IMG/VR virus record: IMGVR_UViG_3300032318_001284
Location: 1-62,494 of that record
Source of the DNA: a virus
Taxonomy: Duplodnaviria; Caudoviricetes
Reading direction: 5' to 3' (one strand)
DNA: 62,494 nt
The position numbers and the translations under genes are program-made. Shown piece after piece: positions 37,140 to 44,621 of the stretch. The notes under the pieces are model-generated. The model ran no database searches. It was not told where the DNA came from and saw only the letters and a list, made by a program, of their open reading frames with translations. The first letter of the stretch is position 1. The number at the start of each line of letters is the position of its first letter.

Positions 37140-38237
37140 TCAAGCCATGATCTGGGCCAGCAGATTGCCGAACCGCTCCAGATAGGCGGACGGCGGACGG
37201 TAGCCGGGCTTGATCAGAGCAATCGCAGACAGCGGCTGCTTGACAGCATCGACCATGCCCTTCTCGCCAAGGGTCAGCAGCACGACGAACGCACGGTCCA
37301 CCATGTCGCTCGTCAGGTTCCCCTCGTCCTTCGCCATCTGGGCGTGGAAGATGAGGGCGGACGGCAACTGGAACAGGCGGTCCAGCTTGTCGTTGAAGTT
37401 GACCTGCTTCTTGCCCTCCATAACGTCACGAGCGGAGTACAAATCCATGGCCTCCGCGAACGTGACGAACAGGGTGGCAGCGGTCTGGCCGACGCAGCCA
37501 GACACGAACTTCACGAAGTCCTTGGACTCCGCACCGACAGCGGACAAACCAGCACAGCCCTTCTTCACGTAGTCCCACTGCCGCAGACTGGGGAACGACA
37601 AGGCATCGGGCTCCACGGCCTTGGTTTCCACGAAATCCGGCTTGCTCTCAAGGAACAGCCGAATCTTGCGACCCCACGCCATATCCCCGATCTCGCTGTT
37701 CTTCACAACGGGAATCTTGGGCTTGGGGTAGACGCCGGACTCGATGCCGATCAAGAAGTCCTGAACGGGCGTCTCCCACTTCCAGTGGAAGAACCGGTTC
37801 AGCACCGAACCCTCAAACGGGGTGGCGTTGGGGGCGATCTCCGGCGGGTTGGCAGCAGCGGTCACGATGAGGTCCGGGGCGAAACTCATGTTGCCGATCC
37901 GCCGCTCGCTCGGGTTGACGATGGACAGCGTGACGGCACGCATCATCGAGGAACCCGTGTTGGCCTCGTCCAGATGCCACCAGCGGTTGGGCAGCGTCAG
38001 GTCGTGCATCTCCTCCAGCGGGACCATCTTCACCATGTTCTGCTCGCGGTAGATGGACGGCATGCCGGTCATCTCCTCGGGCAGGTGGTGGGTGGGCAGG
38101 AAGGCGTGGAACTTCTTCCCCGCAGCGACAGCACAAGCCTCGATAGAGGCAGTCTTCGCCACGCCAGTACCGCCCCATGCCATGGACGGTACACCGACCT
38201 GTGCCGCCACGTAGAACGGCAGGTTCTTCAGACTCAT
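37140..38237 (-). CDS. MoxR-like AAA+ ATPase
   Basis: WGGTGVAKT (Walker A variant), HLDEAN (Walker B), AANP, LNRF and PSLRQW. Confidence 0.88.
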   Translation of the reverse strand: MSLKNLPFYVAAQVGVPSMAWGGTGVAKTASIEACAVAAGKKFHAFLPTHHLPEEMTGMPSIYREQNMVKMVPLEEMHDLTLPNRWWHLDEANTGSSMMRAVTLSIVNPSERRIGNMSFAPDLIVTAAANPPEIAPNATPFEGSVLNRFFHWKWETPVQDFLIGIESGVYPKPKIPVVKNSEIGDMAWGRKIRLFLESKPDFVETKAVEPDALSFPSLRQWDYVKKGCAGLSAVGAESKDFVKFVSGCVGQTAATLFVTFAEAMDLYSARDVMEGKKQVNFNDKLDRLFQLPSALIFHAQMAKDEGNLTSDMVDRAFVVLLTLGEKGMVDAVKQPLSAIALIKPGYRPPSAYLERFGNLLAQIMA

Positions 38238-38271
38238 CGGAAACACTCCCCAGTGTCAAAGGAAAGGAAAC

Positions 38272-38307
38272 AAAAACCGGGGGGGGCCGGCAACACGCCG
38301 GCCCCCC
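38272..38307 (-). terminator. Intrinsic terminator fused to conserved motif copy A
   Basis: GGGGGGCCGGC/GCCGGCCCCCC stem then CCGGTTTTTG on the minus strand. Confidence 0.6.
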
Positions 38308-38339
38308 GAAAACCACTCGCCGGGGCGCCTCGCCCATGG
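38308..38339 (-). promoter_or_regulatory. Conserved early-region motif, copy A
   Basis: Minus strand CCATGGGCGAGGCGCCCCGGCGAGTGGTTTTC. Confidence 0.7.
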
Positions 38340-38345
38340 CGACGA

Positions 38346-39248
38346 TCACTTGCCCTGCGACTTGCGGATTTGCAGTTCCGCCAGCAGTTCGCAGGACTTG
38401 GACAACGCGGCCCGGGCAGCTTGCAGGTTCGTGCCGAACTGCGTTTCGTAGTAGTTGGCCAGTTCCGCGAACTCTGCCAACTGCTTCATCCGGGTATCCA
38501 TCCCGTTCTTCCGTGGCGACTTGTTGTTGTCGATGATGTCCTGCATCACATCGTTCATCGACTCACACTCCGTCACCAACGTGTCGTTCGTGGCCTCCAG
38601 CACCTGTTTGACCAGTTGCGGGTTGTTGCGGAGGTCTTGCGTCAACAGGACGCAAGTGCAACCAGCGGAGTTGAGGTCTGCGAAGACCTTGTCCACAGCA
38701 CCGACAGCACAATCGGGAACGAAGTACGCACCGCCCCGCTCCTTGAGCGGAATCCCCTTGTTGCGGCCGATCAGCCCGATCAGTGCATCCGTCACATCCC
38801 GGCTGGGCATGTAGGCGAGATGCCGCTGATACAACTGATTCAGGATCGTGTCCACCTGTGGATTGGCGAAGAAAGCCGCCAAGTTGGGATGGACGCCGAC
38901 CTTGACCACGAACACGGTGTTCGTATCATCGACGCCAAGCGAGAACAGGAACTCACGCTGGTTCTGCTTGTCGCCCTTGTGGGTCTGATAAAACTCCACG
39001 CCGACGCCGGTCCGCGACAAGCTGTCATGCTTGACGGGGGCCTTGCGCTGCTTGATGTTTGCAGCACCCACCACGTTCTTGCCAGTCTCGACCAGAGCGT
39101 CGAAGTTGTCGATGGCGGGGATGTTCTCCTCGCCAACCGCCTTCAGCGCGTTCAGCACCGTCTGCCGCAGCACACGGTGTGCCGTCCAGAGTGCCACACA
39201 GCCGACTGTGGCAATCATGACGCCAGTAAGAGGAATCTTCTGAGCCAT
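38346..39248 (-). CDS. DUF6744/DUF3150-like protein associated with the AAA-vWA module
   Basis: GIPLKERGGAYFVP motif and helical C-terminus; AAGGA RBS before ATG 39248. Confidence 0.7.
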   Translation of the reverse strand: MAQKIPLTGVMIATVGCVALWTAHRVLRQTVLNALKAVGEENIPAIDNFDALVETGKNVVGAANIKQRKAPVKHDSLSRTGVGVEFYQTHKGDKQNQREFLFSLGVDDTNTVFVVKVGVHPNLAAFFANPQVDTILNQLYQRHLAYMPSRDVTDALIGLIGRNKGIPLKERGGAYFVPDCAVGAVDKVFADLNSAGCTCVLLTQDLRNNPQLVKQVLEATNDTLVTECESMNDVMQDIIDNNKSPRKNGMDTRMKQLAEFAELANYYETQFGTNLQAARAALSKSCELLAELQIRKSQGK

Positions 39249-39281
39249 CGCAAAACTGTCCTTTCGTATCGCAGGGAGTGG

Positions 39282-39327
39282 AAAAAGAACCGCTGCCAGT
39301 GAGACTCCCGCACTCACTGGCAGCGGT
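39282..39327 (-). terminator. Intrinsic terminator
   Basis: 15-bp stem ACCGCTGCCAGTGAG/CTCACTGGCAGCGGT then TCTTTTT on the minus strand. Confidence 0.75.
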
Positions 39328-39350
39328 CAAGCTGCACCGACGTACACTCA

Positions 39351-39710
39351 CTAGCCGACGATCTTGAGGATCAGGGCCACAGCGTCACGCAGAGCCAGCA
39401 GGTCAGCGATGCTGATCCCGTTGGCATACGCAGCCGTGTCGATCTCCTCGGCGGTGGGGTCCACGTAGCAGACCTTGGCACCGGAGAGGTTGGAGAACGT
39501 CGTGGCATCGTCCAGCACGACCACCGGAGTGGTAACGCCGGACTCGGCCTTGGCAACAGTCGCCGCCACGGGCTTGACCACGACGGGCTCGGGAACAGCA
39601 GCAACCGGGACCGCAGCGGGCTCCTTAGCCTTGGCAGCGGACTTCTTGGGCTCCACGGCAGCAGCACCTGCCGCCATCTCACGCAAACGGGCCAGAATGT
39701 CATCGGACAT
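39351..39710 (-). CDS. Hypothetical early protein
   Basis: AGGAGG RBS; Ala/Pro linker. Confidence 0.75.
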   Translation of the reverse strand: MSDDILARLREMAAGAAAVEPKKSAAKAKEPAAVPVAAVPEPVVVKPVAATVAKAESGVTTPVVVLDDATTFSNLSGAKVCYVDPTAEEIDTAAYANGISIADLLALRDAVALILKIVG

Positions 39711-39771
39711 AGCAACGAACCTCCTGAAACATGGGGAAACCGAACCACTAACCAGCGGGGCAGGCTACGCT

Positions 39772-39812
39772 GCCGGCCCCGAAAACCCCTCGCCGGGGCG
39801 CCTCGGCCATGG
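39772..39812 (-). promoter_or_regulatory. Conserved early-region motif, copy B
   Basis: Minus strand CCATGGCCGAGGCGCCCCGGCGAGGGGTTTTCGGGGCCGGC. Confidence 0.7.
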
Positions 39813-39823
39813 GCTAAGGCGTA

Positions 39824-40033
39824 CTAACGACTCCTGCGGTAGCACCGCAATGCACGCTGTTCGGAGCCTCGGGGCACAATCACGGCGTATCCGGCCGTCT
39901 TGTGCCCGTACTCCATCAGCACCATACGCGGCGTTTCCCCGGAACAAGCAATGCAGCACACTGCCTTGCCTTGGTTCTTGAGAACACGAACCCGCTCTCT
40001 CGGGATGGGCTGCGAGCAATAGGGGCACTTCAC
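39824..40033 (-). CDS. DksA/TraR-type C4 zinc-finger protein
   Basis: CPYC...IPRER...L......CIAC; AAAGGAG RBS. Confidence 0.7.
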   Translation of the reverse strand: MKCPYCSQPIPRERVRVLKNQGKAVCCIACSGETPRMVLMEYGHKTAGYAVIVPRGSEQRALRCYRRSR

Positions 40034-40045
40034 GATGGGCTCCTT

Positions 40046-40465
40046 TCAGTTATTGTCGAACTCGCGGGGATTGGTGCTGATCTCGATGATGTGGAACTTG
40101 CGATCCTCGGCATACGTGCAGTGCGCATTTACCCAGCCTGACGCCTGCTGTTCGGAGTCAAACGGCCCGACGATGCACTCCTCGTTGAAGTTCTGCCCGT
40201 CCTCCTCCATGAAGTGAACCACCCACGCCCCGACCACCGGAATGTCGCCCTCTTCCAACTCCATCTCCATCTCGCTGTCGAAGACTGCGGTGATTTCGTC
40301 CACCCGCAGAACCAGCGTGCGGATCAGCGTGCGGATGGTGCGGTCATAGTCCGGGGCCTTCGGATCGAGCTTCCACAGTTCGTGGGCAACATCCCGGGCG
40401 GCGTAGACCATCCGTTGCAGGGTCAACAGCCGCATCGTCACAGCCCGGGCCATCTTCGTGAACAT
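40046..40465 (-). CDS. Hypothetical early protein
   Basis: GAGG RBS, ATG 40465; VGPFDSEQQA motif. Confidence 0.65.
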   Translation of the reverse strand: MFTKMARAVTMRLLTLQRMVYAARDVAHELWKLDPKAPDYDRTIRTLIRTLVLRVDEITAVFDSEMEMELEEGDIPVVGAWVVHFMEEDGQNFNEECIVGPFDSEQQASGWVNAHCTYAEDRKFHIIEISTNPREFDNN

Positions 40466-40512
40466 GACAAACCTCGCAGGTTGAAGAACCAAGTACCGTC
40501 GCCGGCGACACT

Positions 40513-40555
40513 GCCGGCCTCCGAAAAACCCTCGCCGGGGCGCCTCGGGCATGGG
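40513..40555 (-). promoter_or_regulatory. Conserved early-region motif, copy C
   Basis: Minus strand CCCATGCCCGAGGCGCCCCGGCGAGGGTTTTTCGGAGGCCGGC. Confidence 0.7.
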
Positions 40556-40695
40556 GCTATAGGCGATAGCAAACCCAACGCCATGCGGCCAAAACGGCCC
40601 GAACGCCCATCCGCCCATGGGGGCACTCCCGGCCACGCTCTACCTGCACCTGTACCTGTACCAGTTGCGGTACAGATACACGCCATGGCAAGCCG

Positions 40696-40722
40696 GCCCC
40701 GGCGAGAGCTTGTTGCCGGGGC
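40696..40722 (+). promoter_or_regulatory. Conserved early-region motif, copy E (degenerate)
   Basis: GCCCCGGCGAGAGCTTGTTGCCGGGGC with an 8-bp stem. Confidence 0.55.
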
Positions 40723-40765
40723 GAGTGCCCCGCTAGCGACGTTTCCCTTAACTTTGGAGGCTACC

Positions 40766-41113
40766 GTGGCAATGCAAGAGCGAACCGTGACGATCATCAA
40801 GCAGGACGGATGGGACGAGTACATGGCCGAACACCACGGCCACACGGCGTTCACCAACGCGATTGGCTACCTGTCCGAATGGAACATGTGGGCCAACCGC
40901 TTCGACAGCGTTCGCATCACCTGCTCCCTTGGTCGCAATGGGGACCAGCCGGAGATCGGCGCCAGCTACACCCGCACCGAGTATGACTGCGGCAATGGCC
41001 GGAAGTCGGCCACAGTGACGGACGGATACTTCATCTGCGCCATCTTCCAGCCGCAGCAGTCGGCGTCAGAAGACGAACAGGCCCGTCTCGCCCGCTTCTC
41101 GTTCCACTCTTGA
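40766..41113 (+). CDS. Hypothetical early protein
   Basis: GGAGG RBS at 40756; ends FSFHS. Confidence 0.7.
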   Translation: MAMQERTVTIIKQDGWDEYMAEHHGHTAFTNAIGYLSEWNMWANRFDSVRITCSLGRNGDQPEIGASYTRTEYDCGNGRKSATVTDGYFICAIFQPQQSASEDEQARLARFSFHS

Positions 41114-41298
41114 ACCGCCCCACTGTGCCAAACACCGGACCAACAACCCATGTACATGGCTGCTTGTTCCAGTTGTTCCGGCCACAACGGTTCAAACGCC
41201 CTCAAATCCGGCCCAAACGCCATGATCCCACGTTGGGTGGGCATGGCATGGGCCGGTATTCGACAAGCTATCTATAGTCGCCGTTCCGCTATTCCAGC

Positions 41299-41351
41299 GG
41301 CGCCCCGGCGAGAGCTTTTCAGCCGGAGCGGTCGCCGGCAGTATCGACCGC
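41299..41351 (+). promoter_or_regulatory. Conserved early-region motif, copy D
   Basis: GGCGCCCCGGCGAGAGCTTTTC followed by a GCGGTCG/CGACCGC hairpin with a CCGGCAGTAT loop. Confidence 0.65.
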
Positions 41352-41376
41352 AGAGTTTTTAAGAGGGAGTTTCACA

Positions 41377-41799
41377 ATGGCCCGTATTACTTCCACCCCT
41401 TCCCCGGTCCAGCACCAGCCCGCCGACATGGCTGCGCTTTTGAAAGAGTTGGCCGACCTGCGGTCCGCCCTGTCTTCGGCGCAGTCCCGGGGAGCCCGCA
41501 AACCGGGTTTCCATGTCCGGCCTGTCCCCGTGCCCAAAAAGCCGGGTACGCCGCCTGCCCGGGCTCTGGCCGACGTGGTACTGCCGGGCGGCTCGATCAC
41601 CCTGTCGCTCTACGTGGGAGCCCACGGGAAAGCGACGTTCGGGGGTGGGTTCGGTTCGCGGGGGTTCGGCTTGTGGGGGGAGGACGTTGGCCCCTTCTGC
41701 GATTGGTGCGAGTCGGGGGCGCTCCGTGCGGCTCTGAGTCGGCCGGAAATCGCGGCTCATCTGGAGCCCCGTTGGAACGGCACTGGCGCCGCGGAGTGA
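41377..41799 (+). CDS. Hypothetical early protein
   Basis: GAGGGAG RBS; 140 aa. Confidence 0.7.
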   Translation: MARITSTPSPVQHQPADMAALLKELADLRSALSSAQSRGARKPGFHVRPVPVPKKPGTPPARALADVVLPGGSITLSLYVGAHGKATFGGGFGSRGFGLWGEDVGPFCDWCESGALRAALSRPEIAAHLEPRWNGTGAAE

Positions 41800-42200
41800 T
41801 GCCCGGACAACCGGGACGGGCATGATGCCCGATGGATCGACAGCCGGCCCGGGGCGCATGGAAGCGTCCCGGGCCGGTTTCATTTCATGCGCCGCACGGC
41901 ACGCCGTCCCCATGGGCGGCGCGGCGCCGTGGCCGAAGGTACGTTCGGCCACACTCTAACGCCGTCCCCATGCAGCACATACGGCACAGACGGACCCCGC
42001 CCACCCCCAATGGGCGACCCAAGGAGCCCACGTACCCCCTCTGGATTTTTTCCCAAATACCTCACTGCCCCTCGGCTGGGGGGGATGCTGACTCTGGCGT
42101 CAAGTTTTTTTGCCATAAAACGTGACATGCTGACGTGCTGACGCTGCTGACATGCTGACACCGACTTCCCAGATACAGGCAGGCCCGCTATAACCCCCGC
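41799..42200. other. Non-coding hairpin/repeat region; candidate packaging terminus or origin
   Basis: Four stem-loops, direct repeat ACGCCGTCCCCATG (41901, 41959), GTACCCCCTCTGGATTTTTTCCC tract and TGCTGAC repeats. Confidence 0.5.
42128..42159 (+). repeat. Tandem TGCTGAC x4 (another copy at 42086)
   Basis: Copies at 42128, 42136, 42145 and 42153. Confidence 0.9.
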
Positions 42201-42201
42201 C

Positions 42202-42513
42202 ATGCTCCAGTGGCTAAAAGAACGGTGGTCGGAGTTTGAGGCTTACCGCACCGGGCGGTGGAGTTCTTGGAGGAAGCGGCACCTTGAACGGGAGCCCGAG
42301 TGTCAGGCGTGCCGGACGGTGGAGGAGTTGGAAGTCCACCACATCCTGCCTGTGCATGCCGGCGGGCCGGAGCTTGCTCCCCCGGAGGGCATGATCACGC
42401 TGTGCCGGGAATGCCACTTCTATCTGGGGCACGCCTGCGACTGGTCGGCTTGGAGGCCGGATGTCCGGCATTTAGCAGAAGTCATTCGGACAGCCGAAGT
42501 CCGAAGGTTGTAG
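42202..42513 (+). CDS. HNH endonuclease
   Basis: W...R..HL.REPECQAC...LEVHHILP...ITLCRECH. Confidence 0.88.
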   Translation: MLQWLKERWSEFEAYRTGRWSSWRKRHLEREPECQACRTVEELEVHHILPVHAGGPELAPPEGMITLCRECHFYLGHACDWSAWRPDVRHLAEVIRTAEVRRL

Positions 42514-42544
42514 TTCAGTAGTCCCCTGCAACAAGGAGTTCTTC

Positions 42545-42700
42545 ATGCGTTCGCTCGTTCTCGCGCTCGCCCTGTCCGGCTGCTGTTCGGTGTCGATGGC
42601 TGGCCATTGCTGCCACCCGGTTCGCTCGGGCGTTGCCCGGGTGTTCCACGCCGCCAAGAAGATCGTCAAGGCCCCGTTCAGGGCGGTGCGGTGTCGCTAG
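42545..42700 (+). CDS. Small secreted/lipoprotein-like cationic peptide (not in the ORF track)
   Basis: AAGGAG RBS; MRSLVLALALSGC...VARVFHAAKKIVKAPFRAVRCR*. Confidence 0.65.
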   Translation: MRSLVLALALSGCCSVSMAGHCCHPVRSGVARVFHAAKKIVKAPFRAVRCR

Positions 42701-43170
42701 ACATCCTGACCCCCAAGGGCCAGAAATCTCTGGAGTACGCCCGGCGTGCTGCGGAGATTTGGACTAAGTACAGCACCGGCTGGCAGTACGCCCGGACCCC
42801 AGAGGATTCGGACTGTCCGTTCGACGCGGTGTTGATAGACCCCGATGGAACGGTCCGGGCCATCGTGGAGCAAAAGTCCCGTGATTTGTCGAGAAGCCAA
42901 CTGGCCGAGTTCAACTACGAGTGGCTGGTCACCATGGACAAGATCGTCCAAGCCAGCCAGTGTGCCCGGCTGTTCAGAGTCCCCCTCATCGGGTTCCTGT
43001 ACCTTATCCCAGACGATACCCTGCTAACCCGGGTGATCGCTGACAACAAGGGGTTGTTCTGCGTACCGTTCCGGTGTGAACAGACCGTCACGCAGCAAAC
43101 GATTAACGGCGGGCTTGCCCTTCGCGGCAACGCATACATGGACATGCGGGAAGCACGGTCTATCCCCTGA
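42691..43170 (+). CDS. PD-(D/E)XK nuclease-fold protein
   Basis: PFDAVL...IVEQKSR. Confidence 0.65.
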   Translation: MSLDILTPKGQKSLEYARRAAEIWTKYSTGWQYARTPEDSDCPFDAVLIDPDGTVRAIVEQKSRDLSRSQLAEFNYEWLVTMDKIVQASQCARLFRVPLIGFLYLIPDDTLLTRVIADNKGLFCVPFRCEQTVTQQTINGGLALRGNAYMDMREARSIP

Positions 43171-43332
43171 CAGACCAGTGGCCCGGTTTTGCTGGGTTCC
43201 GTGGCCAAAAATCCAGCTAAATCACCATGCTTGAACGGATCGACGCTATGCCTGTGATTGCCGACATAGCTGTAATCATCTCGTTCTGCTGCGGTTTCTA
43301 CTGCGGCTGGAACATGTATACGGAGAAAGCCA

Positions 43333-43566
43333 ATGAGCGACATCGTGACGAGACTTCGGGACAGGGCTTATTCCTCCAAGGGGAAGGACACGCTCTGCGA
43401 GGAGGCGGCGGACGAGATCGACCGCCTGCGGGAAGCGGTGAAGTTGCAGGCCCTTTCGCCGTTCTCTATAGACCTCGACAGCATGACTATCGTCAGCGAG
43501 GAATTCACAGAGGATGAGGATGACCAGAGAATCTACGTTTCCACCCAGCATCCGCTTCCCGACTGA
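43333..43566 (+). CDS. Small phage protein
   Basis: DIVTRLR...EAADEIDRLR motif. Confidence 0.7.
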   Translation: MSDIVTRLRDRAYSSKGKDTLCEEAADEIDRLREAVKLQALSPFSIDLDSMTIVSEEFTEDEDDQRIYVSTQHPLPD

Positions 43567-43699
43567 CGGAGCCAAGATGACGATTTTGGGGGTGGCCTTG
43601 GCGCTTGGGGTCATATTTGCAATCTTGTGCGGCGGGTAGTCCGGCTTGGCTTGGAAGCCAACCGGCAGGAGTTCCAGAGCTTTCACAGGGAGTAGCCTC

Positions 43700-43792
43700 A
43701 TGGCCAAGACCAAGTCCTCGTGCCAGAACAAGACCCCGGCCGGCAAGACCAGCATGGCCCAGAAGTCGATGCCCAAGGGCAAGAAGAAGTAA
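43700..43792 (+). CDS. Very small basic peptide
   Basis: GGGAG RBS; MAKTKSSCQNKTPAGKTSMAQKSMPKGKKK*. Confidence 0.5.
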   Translation: MAKTKSSCQNKTPAGKTSMAQKSMPKGKKK

Positions 43793-43795
43793 TCC

Positions 43796-44197
43796 ATGAT
43801 CCAAGCAACCGTCACCGGCAATCTGGGCCGTGATCCAGAACTGAAGGACACCCGTACCGGCAAGAAGATGGCTACCTTCTCGGTGGCCAGCACTACGAAG
43901 CGGGACGGGAAAGACCCAGAGACTACGTGGCTGGATGTCGTTTGCTTCGACAGGCTGGCAGAGGACGCCGCCGGAAATTTCCGCAAGGGGATGAAGGTGA
44001 TCGTTCTCGGCCAGTTGTCGATGGAGACGTTCGCCCGCAAGGACGGGACCGAAGGTTCTGCTTTGCGGATGGTCGCCAACGACATTGGGCTGATGGTTCG
44101 CACCAAGCAGGAGCGTGACGAGGGCGACGATCAGCCGCCCGCCCGTCAGGCCCCGCCGCAGAGCAAGCCGGCTCGATCCAGAAACGAGCCTTGGTAG
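43796..44197 (+). CDS. ssb: Single-stranded DNA-binding protein
   Basis: GNLGRDPELK, FSVA, TTW..V..F, KG..V.V.G.L; C-terminal EPW. Confidence 0.93.
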   Translation: MIQATVTGNLGRDPELKDTRTGKKMATFSVASTTKRDGKDPETTWLDVVCFDRLAEDAAGNFRKGMKVIVLGQLSMETFARKDGTEGSALRMVANDIGLMVRTKQERDEGDDQPPARQAPPQSKPARSRNEPW

Positions 44198-44207
44198 GTT
44201 TGGATGA

Positions 44208-44247
44208 CCATAAAAGGGGAGAGTCCACGGAGATTCCCCCTTTATGG
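44208..44247 (+). promoter_or_regulatory. Hairpin containing CCATAAA that sequesters the ATG at 44244
   Basis: CCATAAAAGGGGA pairs with TCCCCCTTTATGG (one mismatch). Confidence 0.55.
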
Positions 44248-44621
44248 TCGATCCGGCATACACGGCGTTTCAGGACGAAGTCTTCGACCGCCTGCCCCTG
44301 CGCAAGCATCTCGCTGGCAGAGAGCGAGTCCGCGACTGCATTTCCGTAGTCGTGCAGGAGTGGCCTGACGAGCAGTTCGCTCTGGCCACAGGCGATTCCA
44401 AGGCTGAAGCCACCTGTGTTCGGGACTTGATGAAGTCCAGCAAGCGGCATCTTCATCTGGCCTACGGGGACAGAGAGTTTGGCTTTATCTGGGCCACGAT
44501 CCTGTCCGCTTTGCTCTACGAACTGATCATCATTCTGATCGAATGGTGGAGGAGTAAGCGGGAAAATCGCATGGCTTTGCTGCACTGGCAGGAGCAGTGG
44601 AGGTCTGGAAATGGCGGGTAG
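44244..44621 (+). CDS. Membrane protein
   Basis: C-terminal TM segment FGFIWATILSALLYELIIILIEWW. Confidence 0.7.
   Translation: MVDPAYTAFQDEVFDRLPLRKHLAGRERVRDCISVVVQEWPDEQFALATGDSKAEATCVRDLMKSSKRHLHLAYGDREFGFIWATILSALLYELIIILIEWWRSKRENRMALLHWQEQWRSGNGG

Noticed and set aside
37344-39302. 652-aa plus-strand ORF
   Set aside because: Antisense shadow of the AAA and DUF6744-like genes; no motifs, and long stop-free antisense frames are expected in GC-rich coding DNA
38308-41320. Repeated motif as a CRISPR array
   Set aside because: Copies are hundreds to more than 1,000 nt apart with whole genes between them, occur in both orientations, and no cas genes are present
43227-43517. 96-aa ORF with a hydrophobic N-terminus
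   Set aside because: Its first ~35 codons may be real, but most of it overlaps the better-supported 43333 gene; insufficient evidence
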